Below are positions 17,326 to 25,845 of a stretch of 64,000 nucleotides of DNA, in pieces. The DNA lies in assembly GCA_027450165.1 (NCBI GenBank), contig DAIDKE010000001.1, positions 70,373 through 134,372 on the forward strand, read 5' to 3'. Made by a program: the position numbers and the translations under genes. The number at the start of each line of letters is the position of its first letter. Position 1 is the first letter of the stretch. This DNA is from Candidatus Saccharimonadota bacterium. Its GTDB lineage: Bacteria > Patescibacteriota > Saccharimonadia > Saccharimonadales > Saccharimonadaceae. The notes under the pieces were generated by a model. It was not told the DNA's origin and did no database searches. It worked only from the letters and a program-made list of their open reading frames with translations.

Positions 17326-18165
17326 TCAATAATGCTTGAGTTTTGCGAGCTGACTATATTTAAATATTTGGCGCTCCGTCCATAAATCGGACTCTCGATA
17401 TTGGTCAGCGTCAACAAATTGCACCTCATCGCCGTCGATTCCAGACTTGAATATCATAGAACTCGGCCGAACAATAAATGTTATCCTCATCTGATATAAG
17501 TTATGGGTGTTTAAATAGCGAGGATCCTCAACGAGCAGTGGCTCAAACTCAAAGTCACCACTTAGCGAGACTTCTTCGTTCAGCTCTCGCGCCAATGCCT
17601 CTTTTATAGTTTCGCCGTGCTCGAGTCCGCCGCCGGGAATATCCCACCAATCACGACCACGCTCCTTGACGACCAAAATCTGCTGCCGCTCATTGAAGAT
17701 CACGGCCTTTAAAGAGGCCCTGAAAAGACTGTCTTTTCGTAGATGTTCGCCGGGGTGAATAATAGCTCCATAGACAGTATCAGGATTGCCTGGCCGATAG
17801 TTATCAATCAATTTCAAGTCACGTAAATCTTTGTCTTGGCCACGTCGCCGCTTCCATTCATAAACCTCATTCAGGCTTAAATACGGCACACCGTCAATAA
17901 TTTGCGCCCGTTTCAATAAATCTTCGGTGTGCTCGCCATACCAATCTTTGCCGACGTCAAAAACACCGTCTTGTAAAACAACCTTTTCGCCCCACTTACC
18001 GTGTTGCCAACCTAACTTTTCAACCTTGTCGTAAGCTTCTTCGGTCACGACTAAGTCAATGTCACTCGATTCACGTATACCAAGCGCGCCTAAGATGCCG
18101 CTACCGACAACTACATAACTATTTTCTGGCAAATTTAACTCGGCGATTCGTTGTTTGAAATCCAT
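17326..18165 (-). CDS. nucleotidyltransferase-fold domain fused to NUDIX hydrolase domain
   Basis: 279 aa. N-terminal Pol-beta-type NTase pattern VVVGSGILGALGIRESSDIDLVV. C-terminal Nudix box GGGLEHGETIKEALARELNEEVSL. Confidence 0.6.
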   Translation of the reverse strand: MDFKQRIAELNLPENSYVVVGSGILGALGIRESSDIDLVVTEEAYDKVEKLGWQHGKWGEKVVLQDGVFDVGKDWYGEHTEDLLKRAQIIDGVPYLSLNEVYEWKRRRGQDKDLRDLKLIDNYRPGNPDTVYGAIIHPGEHLRKDSLFRASLKAVIFNERQQILVVKERGRDWWDIPGGGLEHGETIKEALARELNEEVSLSGDFEFEPLLVEDPRYLNTHNLYQMRITFIVRPSSMIFKSGIDGDEVQFVDADQYRESDLWTERQIFKYSQLAKLKHY

Positions 18166-18193
18166 AACACAATAATAGCAAAGTTACGCAGAT

Positions 18194-18631
18194 CTAAGAT
18201 TTGTCACTAAAATGAGCGTCGTCAGGGTTTTCGAGAGTTTTAACCATAAAAACAAAGTCATATCCGGAATCAACAGCATAATCCATTAGATCGTCGACTC
18301 GCTCGGGCTTCTGATAAATAGCGGCGCCCTTCACGGGACTCGCCGACTCAAATTCGATAGTATGTTGCGGCTTAACAAAATCCCATTTATCATGGCCCAG
18401 ATAATCAGTAAAGATGTCTTTTATATAGTCTATACCCGACACATAATCTTCGGCGTACAAATAGTAGATGGCGTCGCCTAAAAACAGCTTCCACATAAAA
18501 GAATCGGGACCAATCACTTCAAATCTTAATACGTCCAGCTGCGATTTCTCGGCCGCATAGTCAAGCTTAAATCGCCGCAGAACTTCTTCGATCTGATCAG
18601 CTGCCGGATTGTATTGAAAATCTCTTAGCAT
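18194..18631 (-). CDS. hypothetical protein (145 aa, acidic)
   Basis: Clean ORF between the HIT and NTase-NUDIX genes. No motif recognised. Confidence 0.45.
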   Translation of the reverse strand: MLRDFQYNPAADQIEEVLRRFKLDYAAEKSQLDVLRFEVIGPDSFMWKLFLGDAIYYLYAEDYVSGIDYIKDIFTDYLGHDKWDFVKPQHTIEFESASPVKGAAIYQKPERVDDLMDYAVDSGYDFVFMVKTLENPDDAHFSDKS

Positions 18632-18674
18632 ACTATTATTTTAACAGTTAAAGAATTAAGGCAACAAAAACTAG

Positions 18675-19133
18675 CTACAGACTAGATTGGACCGTTAGCC
18701 TAATGTTTTCTAGCAACTCAGGACTAACGACGTTCGACTGCCCGCTGTCATAATGATGACCGAACAGCGGGTCAACAAATTCCTGACCCTCAAATATAAT
18801 CGGCTTTTCATAACGCGGCCGAACGTGCCAATGTACATGCGGCAAGGCGGGGCTAACTTGAAAAGCATTGTTCATCAGGCAACTCCAGTTAAAAAGCGTC
18901 GCCCCAAAGGCTTGCCGAATTCCAGCTTCGAGTTTCTTCACAACCTCGGCAAATTCCAACCATTCATCAGTTGTGAGCTCGGCCATATCTGACTTATGTT
19001 GCTTCAACGTAACATAGCAGCGCCCCAGATAACCCTGGTCGGCGGCCAGCGATATCGCCCATTTGTCAGTTTCGAATAACGTCTTGTTAGTTGGCAAAAA
19101 TGCACATACTTCACAGTTGTCGATATTTTTCAT
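18675..19133 (-). CDS. HIT-family nucleotide hydrolase/transferase
   Basis: Histidine-triad motif PHVHWHVRPRY. Start set at MKNIDNC (19133), because the track's longer ORF runs through a terminator into tRNA-Gly. Confidence 0.75.
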   Translation of the reverse strand: MKNIDNCEVCAFLPTNKTLFETDKWAISLAADQGYLGRCYVTLKQHKSDMAELTTDEWLEFAEVVKKLEAGIRQAFGATLFNWSCLMNNAFQVSPALPHVHWHVRPRYEKPIIFEGQEFVDPLFGHHYDSGQSNVVSPELLENIRLTVQSSL

Positions 19134-19150
19134 ACTAATTATATGATAAC

Positions 19151-19176
19151 AAAAAGCGCCAATTCTAGCGCTTTTG
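19151..19176 (-). terminator. terminator downstream of tRNA-Gly
   Basis: Minus strand reads ccaaaagcgc-tagaattg-gcgcttttt. Confidence 0.55.
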
Positions 19177-19184
19177 GTAATCTT

Positions 19185-19259
19185 TGGTGCGGGCGGCGAG
19201 AATCGAACTCGCATCACATGCTTGGAAGGCACGTATATTAGCCATTATACGACGCCCGC
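19185..19259 (-). tRNA. tRNA-Gly(TCC), CCA encoded
   Basis: Reverse complement is GCGGGCGTCGTATAATGGCTAATATACGTGCCTTCCAAGCATGTGATGCGAGTTCGATTCTCGCCGCCCGCACCA. Anticodon loop CTTCCAA. Confidence 0.9.
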
Positions 19260-19331
19260 GAACTCGACCTATTATATCAGCAGTTGACGTCTTTTAAAAT
19301 CACCTTCTATCTGTTAGAATTGATTAGTCTT

Positions 19332-19409
19332 GGCGAATGTAGCTCAGTTGGTTAGAGCGCCTGATTGTGGTCCAGGAGGTCGTGGGTTCAATTCCCGTCA
19401 TTCGCCCCA
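19332..19409 (+). tRNA. tRNA-His(GTG) with genome-encoded G-1 and CCA
   Basis: G-GCGAATGTAGCTCAGTTGGTTAGAGCGCCTGATTGTGGTCCAGGAGGTCGTGGGTTCAATTCCCGTCATTCGC-C-CCA. The extra 5' G pairs with C73. Anticodon loop TTGTGGT. Confidence 0.9.
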
Positions 19410-19412
19410 AAT

Positions 19413-19446
19413 AAAAAACCCGCTTCACTAGTAAGCGGATTTTTTA
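19413..19446. terminator. bidirectional terminator between tRNA-His and the Clp-like gene
   Basis: aaaaaacccgctt-cactagt-aagcggattttttatt. Confidence 0.65.
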
Positions 19447-21891
19447 TTTGGTAGTATCTTCGCCGCTCATAATGGCAGTGGCCAGCCGATTTTTATCCAG
19501 AATTGACTTCACCTGTTCCAGATCGATTTGCACCGTGTCACCTGGCTGAGCGTTACCGGATAGCACCTCTTTAGCGACAATATTTTCAACGGCTTTTTGA
19601 ATTACTCGGCGCATTGGGCGCGCGCCCAGACGGGGATCGTAACCAGACTCCACCAGATATTGTTTTGCCTCCGGACTGACGGCAACGGCCACTTTTTGAC
19701 TTTCGAGTGTTTTGTTAACGCCCGCCAAAATCAAATCAACAACCCGCAACAGCTCGCTCTTGCTGAGCGGCGAAAAGACGACGATTTCGTCGAAACGGTT
19801 CAAAAACTCCGGGTGAAAAATATGGCTGCTGATCAGTTCATTTATAAACTGTTCTTCGAACTGCTCTAGTTTATAACCGCGACCCACGTATTCACTGATT
19901 CGTTCAGCCCCGGCATTGCTGGTGGCAATAACAATCGCATCGCGGAAGTTAACTTCGTTATTATTAACGTCGCGCATAATGCCTTCGTCTAACATCTGCA
20001 GCAAAGCCGTCAGTACACTAGAATGCGCCTTCTCTATTTCGTCCAGCAAAATCACGCTAAATGGCTGCTTGGCGACTTGGGCTGTCAGGCTGCTCGGATC
20101 ATTGGCGCCATCAGCAATCAAGCGGCCGGCATCTTCGGCCATCACAAATTCATTCATATCTAGACGAATCAAACGGTCTTCACCGCCAAAGTAAACCGCC
20201 GCTAAAGATTTAGCTAGTTCAGTCTTGCCCACGCCAGTCGGACCAAGGAATAGGAAAGTACCAATCGGTCGATTCTGGTTACGCACACCGGCACGCGCTC
20301 GACGCAAAGCATCACTGACGGCGTCAACCGCTCGCTCTTGACCGATCATTCGTTCGTGGATTAGCTTCTCCAGGTTAAGTAAGGTGTCGCGTTCGTCAGC
20401 GCCATTTGCCGTACCGACCTTAACATTCAATGTCTTCTCAATCGCCGCGCGCACTTCGGCCGTGCCGACGATTTTGTCCTGAGTATAGTTCGAGGCACTT
20501 TCGAGTAACTTCAGCGCCCGACCAGGCATCGCCAAATCTTGGACATAGCGCTCGGCCAAACTGTATGACTCTTTCAGGGCCTGGTACATGTAAATCGTTT
20601 TGTAGCGATACTCCAGCATAATCAGCTGGTCTTGCATAATCGCCATTGTCTCGTCGGCGGTCGACGGCTTAAGCATAATCCGGTTCAAGCTGCCGGCTAG
20701 GTCTGGCGTTCGCTTTTCGATCTGCAAATAACGCTGCTCGTCCATCGTCAAAATCATCGGTAGGCGACCAGCATTCAGAATCGGCAATAAGATATTCGAC
20801 AGGTCAACCGAGCCAACACCATCTTCAAAAAACAGCTGCGCATTGTCTAAACAAACGATGATGTTTTTAGCGGCGTAGGCCTCGCCCAGTAGTTGGTCGA
20901 CTAAGCTTTCAAGCTTACCGCGACCGCTAGCCACCGAAATTAAAGAAGCAGCGTCCAGCAAAAACACCTGCTGGTAATGCAGCTCGGGCGGCAAGTCATC
21001 GTCCGGCGACATCAAGCGCGACGCCAAGGCGTAGACGAGCTCTGTCTTACCACTACCAGATTTGCCGATTAACGCCGCGTTGCGCTTACCGTCGCCACTC
21101 AATGTTTTAACCAGCTGTTCAAATTCATCTTTATGCGACTCAAGTTCAATTGCCGATCCAGCACCGTCACTAATATTGGCACCGAAGTGCGACAGATTCG
21201 GTATCCAGCCAAACGCCCAGTCACGGCCAATCCCACCAGGATGTTTAACGATTTGGTGCTGTCGATGAATAACGGCTATCAAACGGTCGTACCAACGGAT
21301 ACCGGCTACTAAATCATCGTCGTCAAGCTGCAAGTGGGCCAGCAGATTGCTGTGCTGCGGCAATTGAAGCACCAAAGCCGCCATTAAAGTGCCGCCATGA
21401 AGTGTTCGGCTCGCCGCTTTTGACCTGAGGTCAAGCGCCGACCGCCAAACTTGAGCCATGTCGTCGCGTGAATCGGTGATTAATTGCTCAACAAATCCCG
21501 GCCCCACGCCCATACGCGCCGCAAAAAACTGACCACTGTGGCTAGCCCGGATTGCGCCTAGCAGCTGCTTGGGCGTGGCCTGAGGCGGGATATGCCCCAA
21601 AATATCGGCATCGAGTAAATCATCGACACGTTCACCATTTTCGACGATCGGTAAATTATGCAAATAATCTTTGTACCAGCGAACGATCATCGCCGGAATT
21701 GCCGCCACCCCAATCAACGCCCAGCCCAGATAAGACTCAAACGCCAAGGCCGCCAAGCCAGCAACAATCAACAGCACAGCCCCCACCTCAAACGAAACAA
21801 TCCACGGCGCCAGCCCAACCGCAATCCGGGCTTTATGCGCCCGCGGGCTGGAATATCGGAACAGTTTGTCTATTTCCATGCCGGCATCCAC
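19444..21891 (-). CDS. membrane-anchored Clp/Hsp100-family double-AAA+ ATPase
   Basis: 815 aa. Two N-terminal TM helices (VGLAPWIVSFEVGAVLLIVAGLAALAF, GWALIGVAAIPAMIV), then a Clp_N-like region. D1 has Walker A GKSGSGKT and Walker B IIVCLDNAQ. D2 has Walker A GPTGVGKT and Walker B ILLDEIEKA. C-terminal D2-small domain (GARPMRRVIQ). Confidence 0.75.
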   Translation of the reverse strand: MDAGMEIDKLFRYSSPRAHKARIAVGLAPWIVSFEVGAVLLIVAGLAALAFESYLGWALIGVAAIPAMIVRWYKDYLHNLPIVENGERVDDLLDADILGHIPPQATPKQLLGAIRASHSGQFFAARMGVGPGFVEQLITDSRDDMAQVWRSALDLRSKAASRTLHGGTLMAALVLQLPQHSNLLAHLQLDDDDLVAGIRWYDRLIAVIHRQHQIVKHPGGIGRDWAFGWIPNLSHFGANISDGAGSAIELESHKDEFEQLVKTLSGDGKRNAALIGKSGSGKTELVYALASRLMSPDDDLPPELHYQQVFLLDAASLISVASGRGKLESLVDQLLGEAYAAKNIIVCLDNAQLFFEDGVGSVDLSNILLPILNAGRLPMILTMDEQRYLQIEKRTPDLAGSLNRIMLKPSTADETMAIMQDQLIMLEYRYKTIYMYQALKESYSLAERYVQDLAMPGRALKLLESASNYTQDKIVGTAEVRAAIEKTLNVKVGTANGADERDTLLNLEKLIHERMIGQERAVDAVSDALRRARAGVRNQNRPIGTFLFLGPTGVGKTELAKSLAAVYFGGEDRLIRLDMNEFVMAEDAGRLIADGANDPSSLTAQVAKQPFSVILLDEIEKAHSSVLTALLQMLDEGIMRDVNNNEVNFRDAIVIATSNAGAERISEYVGRGYKLEQFEEQFINELISSHIFHPEFLNRFDEIVVFSPLSKSELLRVVDLILAGVNKTLESQKVAVAVSPEAKQYLVESGYDPRLGARPMRRVIQKAVENIVAKEVLSGNAQPGDTVQIDLEQVKSILDKNRLATAIMSGEDTTK

Positions 21892-22259
21892 CCTACCGAT
21901 GTCAAAATTAGTCCAGCTATCGGCAAAATCGGCACCACCAGCCAGAAAACAATAATAATCGCGCTATAAATCACCACAATAAGCAAAGTAATAACACCAA
22001 TGACAATAAAAATCGACCGAAAAACTGCCCCGAAAACCCTTGAAAAGCTGCGGTCAAAAAACGCCCTCATCTGTACGCCGATTGGACCACTCACCTGGCC
22101 GGCTGAAATCTGCCTAAAAGGTGCGAACAGGGTGCTGGCCAGCTGGCCAAGCGAAAAGAAACCAGCCGTTGCCGACAGATAGCCCTGGGCACGCCGCCAC
22201 TGCAAGCGCCACCCTTCGCCGTACCACCAGTTCAGTAGTCCCACCAAAAACATATGCAT
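21870..22259 (-). CDS. hypothetical membrane protein, overlapping the Clp-like gene start
   Basis: 129 aa with a hydrophobic C-terminal half (IFIVIGVITLLIVVIYSAIIIVFWLVVPILPIAGLIL). There is a 22-nt overlap with the downstream AAA+ gene. Confidence 0.5.
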   Translation of the reverse strand: MHMFLVGLLNWWYGEGWRLQWRRAQGYLSATAGFFSLGQLASTLFAPFRQISAGQVSGPIGVQMRAFFDRSFSRVFGAVFRSIFIVIGVITLLIVVIYSAIIIVFWLVVPILPIAGLILTSVGWMPAWK

Positions 22260-22296
22260 TTATTGTAACACTGTAAAATCAGCTATAATAGACCAT

Positions 22297-23568
22297 ATGT
22301 TTCAACCCTTGGTTACTGTTCTTGGAAAAGCCGTTCGTTCGGCGGCTCGCCTTCGCGGCGGCGGATCGGCTTTACCGGGGTTATTTGTCGAAAAAATTAG
22401 TCCAGATTTCATTAGCCGCACCTTATCCGACCTACCCTACGGCACAGTAGTCATCAGCGGCACCAACGGCAAAACCACCACCACCAAGATGGTAGTTGAA
22501 CTACTCGAAAGCCAGGGGCTCAAAGTCTTTACCAACCGCACCGGCAGCAATTTTACCCGCGGCGTGGCGGCGGCTCTACTTGGTGAAGTGTCGCTGAGCG
22601 GCAAACTAGTCGCCGACATTGCTGTGCTTGAGCTTGACGAAGCTCACGCCGTAAAATTTGTGAGCCAAATCAAGCCGCGCTACAGTCTGTTATTAAATGT
22701 CATGCGCGACCAGCTTGATCGCTTTGGCGAGATTGACGCCACGGCCGCACTTTTGACTAAAATCGCTGAGGCCACCACTGAAGGTGTTGTCTTAAACCGC
22801 GAAGATCGCCGGGTTGCTAAAATCAAAGATTCGCTCACCAGCCAGCAGGTTAGTTACTTCGGTCTGAGCGATGATTTGCTAGCCACCTTCCCTACCGACG
22901 ACGAACTTCACGGCGGCAAACGAGCAGCCGCTAAGCGACCGGCCGCCAGCGTCACCCTAGAAAAAATTGAGCCGCACCAGGCAACATTTGGTATCGGCAA
23001 CAAGCAATTCTCGACCCCGCTAAAATTAGCCGGCCTTTATAATATTTTTAACGCCGCTGCCGCCCTGGCCTTGGTGGCAATGATTACCAAGTCTAAGCTC
23101 GACCAACCTAACTTAATTAAAGCTCTGTCGAATGTCCAGCCAGCTTTTGGTCGTGGCGAAGTTTTGACAATCGGCGGGCAACCACTTGAGTTGGTTCTAG
23201 TCAAAAACCCGTCTGGGTTTCGGCTCGGCCTAGCCTCTTTTCCACCAGCTGGTTACGCCACCATGATCGCCATCAACGACAATTATGCCGACGGCCGCGA
23301 CATGTCTTGGCTATGGGACGTTGATTTTAGCAGTCTGGCCGAAAACGGCGTAGCTGAGGTGTCGGGCATTCGCGCTTACGACATGGCCCTGCGGCTTGAT
23401 TACGACAATATTGCGGTCGAGCAAATTGAAACCGATCTAGCAAAAGCTCTGCGCGACTTTATCGACCGCCACCCGGCCACCCCAAAGCGAATTTACTGCA
23501 CCTACACCGCCATGCTAGCCCTCAGGCGTGAACTGGCAAAAATCACCGAAGTTGAGGTTATATCATGA
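22297..23568 (+). CDS. murT: lipid II isoglutaminyl synthase, Mur-ligase-like subunit MurT
   Basis: 423 aa. P-loop ISGTNGKTTTTKMV, the MurT-typical NVMRDQLDRFGEID, and a DUF1727-like C-terminus. ATGA overlap with gatD. Confidence 0.85.
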   Translation: MFQPLVTVLGKAVRSAARLRGGGSALPGLFVEKISPDFISRTLSDLPYGTVVISGTNGKTTTTKMVVELLESQGLKVFTNRTGSNFTRGVAAALLGEVSLSGKLVADIAVLELDEAHAVKFVSQIKPRYSLLLNVMRDQLDRFGEIDATAALLTKIAEATTEGVVLNREDRRVAKIKDSLTSQQVSYFGLSDDLLATFPTDDELHGGKRAAAKRPAASVTLEKIEPHQATFGIGNKQFSTPLKLAGLYNIFNAAAALALVAMITKSKLDQPNLIKALSNVQPAFGRGEVLTIGGQPLELVLVKNPSGFRLGLASFPPAGYATMIAINDNYADGRDMSWLWDVDFSSLAENGVAEVSGIRAYDMALRLDYDNIAVEQIETDLAKALRDFIDRHPATPKRIYCTYTAMLALRRELAKITEVEVIS

Positions 23569-24284
23569 GTCAGGTCATTACAATTCTGCAACTATATCCG
23601 CGCGACATGAACATTTACGGTGACCACGGTAACTTATTGGTATTAACGCGCCGGCTAGAGCGCTACGGCTACGAGCCAAAAGTAATTGAATATAATCCCG
23701 GCGACAACTTCCCGGCTAAAGTCGACCTAGTGGTTGGCGGCGGCGGCCAAGACAGCGGACAAAGCAAGATTCAAGATGATTTGTTAAAAATAGGCCCGCA
23801 ATTAAAAACCATGGCCGAAGCCGGCACGCCGATGTTAATGGTTTGCGGCCTGTATCAACTATTTGGCAAATTCTTTAAAACCAAAGACGGCGAAATCATC
23901 AAAGGCATAGGTGTTTTAGATATCGAAACCTACGGCAAATCGGAGCGCTTGATTGGTAATATAATCACCGAAAGCCCATTCTTTGGCCAAATTGTCGGTT
24001 ACGAAAATCATAGCGGCCAAACTTACCTCAGTGGCGACACGAAGCCTCTCGGCTTGGTTATGCTTGGCGCCGGTAATAACACCGACGACGGCCACGAGGG
24101 TGCTCGTTACAAAAACGTTATTGGCACTTATCTGCACGGATCGGTTTTACCAAAAAACCCTCAGCTGGCCGATTTTCTAATCAAACAAGCGATCATTAGT
24201 CGCTACGGTGAATTCACCAAGCCGCCGCTTGATGATTCATTGGCCGAAAAAGCCCGCGCCGCCGCCATGAAGCGCCCTCGCTAA
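23565..24284 (+). CDS. gatD: lipid II isoglutaminyl synthase, glutaminase subunit GatD (CobQ-type GATase)
   Basis: 239 aa. LYPRDMNIYGDHGN, nucleophile Cys in MVCGLYQLFG, His in TYLHGSVLPKNP. Confidence 0.85.
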   Translation: MSQVITILQLYPRDMNIYGDHGNLLVLTRRLERYGYEPKVIEYNPGDNFPAKVDLVVGGGGQDSGQSKIQDDLLKIGPQLKTMAEAGTPMLMVCGLYQLFGKFFKTKDGEIIKGIGVLDIETYGKSERLIGNIITESPFFGQIVGYENHSGQTYLSGDTKPLGLVMLGAGNNTDDGHEGARYKNVIGTYLHGSVLPKNPQLADFLIKQAIISRYGEFTKPPLDDSLAEKARAAAMKRPR

Positions 24285-24426
24285 TTTGACCGCTCCGGTG
24301 AGCGGAGGTTATAATAAAAGTATCCAGTGAGGCCGTCACTACCGATTACCTGCCCGGCTTACTTGTCTATAATCTAACATGCATATTTACCCCAGCGCGT
24401 TACTTAACAAGCAAAGGAGGTGAAAA

Positions 24427-24687
24427 ATGGCAGGCGTTAGCCCCATGCGAGTTCAACAGTTCATTAGAGGATTGGTTTTTCCGGCCAGCACCGGTGAGAT
24501 TATTGCCTACGCCGGAGAAAGTGGCGCCGACGAAGACGTTCTCGATACGCTTCGTTCACTACCCGATGAGAGTTTTCAGACCCCGTCAGAAGTTAGCGAC
24601 GCCATCGATAAACTCGATCAATACGAATTTAACCCCGAAGACGAAGTCGAAGAAATCGACCTAGAAGAAGAGGATGGTGATATATAG
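24427..24687 (+). CDS. DUF2795-like small protein with acidic tail
   Basis: 86 aa. VQQFIRGLVFPASTGEIIAYAGESGADEDVLDTLRSLPDESFQTPSEV resembles DUF2795. GGAGG SD upstream. Confidence 0.55.
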   Translation: MAGVSPMRVQQFIRGLVFPASTGEIIAYAGESGADEDVLDTLRSLPDESFQTPSEVSDAIDKLDQYEFNPEDEVEEIDLEEEDGDI

Positions 24688-24743
24688 CTGCCCGTTTTTT
24701 GTTTGCGACACCAAAACGCTAGTGTTAAAATGATTACATAATT

Positions 24744-25112
24744 ATGAAGATATATAAACAGCGCCGCGCTACGGGTTTTACGCTGGTTGAACTGATTTTA
24801 GTCATCGCTGTTATTGGTATCTTGGCGGCTATCACCATCATTGCTTATGGCTCCTGGAAGCAAAATACCGCTGCTAATGTTTTGAAAAGCGACCTGAATG
24901 GCGCTGCTGCTGCCATGGAAGACGCTCGCAACTGGGGCTCTGGTTATCCTACATCAGTTCCAACCAGCTTCAAGCCATCAGACGGCACCACCTTAACTGG
25001 GGGCAGCAGTGACGGCAAAACATTCTGCATTCAAGACACCAGCACAACCTATCCAACGCTAATTTTTCATCTTACAAACGGTGGATCAACCACCACTGGC
25101 GCCTGCCCTTAG
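24744..25112 (+). CDS. prepilin-type (type IV pilin-like) protein
   Basis: 122 aa. Signal RRATG|FTLVELILVIAVIGILAAITIIAYG. Confidence 0.75.
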   Translation: MKIYKQRRATGFTLVELILVIAVIGILAAITIIAYGSWKQNTAANVLKSDLNGAAAAMEDARNWGSGYPTSVPTSFKPSDGTTLTGGSSDGKTFCIQDTSTTYPTLIFHLTNGGSTTTGACP

Positions 25113-25136
25113 ATAATCCGATCATCGTATAAAAAT

Positions 25137-25170
25137 AATCCTTACGATATTTCGCAAGGATTTCTTGTTC
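25137..25170. terminator. hairpin terminator between the pilin-like gene and tRNA-Pro
   Basis: aatcctt-acgatatttcgc-aaggatt followed by tcttgttc. Confidence 0.45.
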
Positions 25171-25171
25171 T

Positions 25172-25248
25172 TGGTCGGGGTGAAAGGACTCGAACCTTCG
25201 ACCTCACGCTCCCAAAGCGCGCGCGCTAGCCAACTGCGCCACACCCCG
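25172..25248 (-). tRNA. tRNA-Pro(TGG), CCA encoded
   Basis: Reverse complement is CGGGGTGTGGCGCAGTTGGCTAGCGCGCGCGCTTTGGGAGCGTGAGGTCGAAGGTTCGAGTCCTTTCACCCCGACCA. Anticodon loop TTTGGGA. Confidence 0.9.
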
Positions 25249-25272
25249 ACATGTTACCACAACTGACGCGCG

Positions 25273-25305
25273 GCGCTAGCCTAATAACCAGACGCCACAC
25301 CCCGA
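25273..25305 (-). pseudogene. degenerate duplicate of the 5' acceptor/D-arm of tRNA-Pro
   Basis: gcgctagcc-N11-cgccacaccccga repeats gcgctagcc-N5-cgccacaccccga of the intact gene (25223..25249), about 56 nt away. There is no anticodon or T arm. Confidence 0.5.
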
Positions 25306-25379
25306 TGTGTGGTTTACTCGGCATATTATAGCCCATTCGGCTATTTTTTTCTAGAGGCGAACGGTTTATAATTAGTACC

Positions 25380-25841
25380 GTGAAGCAAACGCCGTATCAA
25401 GCACCAACTTTCACGTTGCCAAACGAATCGGGCAAAGCGGTTTCGCTGACTGATTTTAGCGGCAAGTGGGTGGTGCTGTACTTTTATCCAAAAGATGAAA
25501 CACCCGGCTGTACAACCGAAGCCTGCAGCATGCGCGATGCTCGTGACGGTTTAACCGACCTTGGTGCCGAAGTTATTGGTGTAAGTATGGACGATGCCGC
25601 CTCGCATGAAAAATTCAAAACTAAATACAATTTGAATTTCACATTGCTGACGGATAAAGACAGCAAAGTGCTCCGCGAATATGGTGCATGGGGCAAAAAG
25701 ATGTTTGGCCGCGAGGGAATCTTGCGCAAAACGTTCATCATCAACCCCGAGGGTCAAGTGGTCAAGGTTTATGGCCGCGTCACGCCGCTTGGGCATGGCG
25801 ACCAGGTCATAGCTGAGCTTAAGCAGCTCCAGCGTCTGTAA
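25380..25841 (+). CDS. bcp: thiol peroxidase Bcp/PrxQ-type peroxiredoxin
   Basis: 153 aa with a GTG start. Active-site motif YFYPKDETPGCTTEAC. Confidence 0.85.
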   Translation: MKQTPYQAPTFTLPNESGKAVSLTDFSGKWVVLYFYPKDETPGCTTEACSMRDARDGLTDLGAEVIGVSMDDAASHEKFKTKYNLNFTLLTDKDSKVLREYGAWGKKMFGREGILRKTFIINPEGQVVKVYGRVTPLGHGDQVIAELKQLQRL

Positions 25842-25845
25842 TTGT

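Noticed and set aside
19134-19232. N-terminal extension of the HIT-protein ORF (track 18675..19232)
   Set aside because: The extension crosses a terminator hairpin and overlaps tRNA-Gly(TCC). The HIT domain starts at MKNIDNC (19133).
24290-24426. Hairpin ccgctc-cggt-gagcgg after gatD and a 140-nt leader before the DUF2795 gene
   Set aside because: The hairpin lacks a following U-run and I recognise no RNA motif. It is left unannotated.
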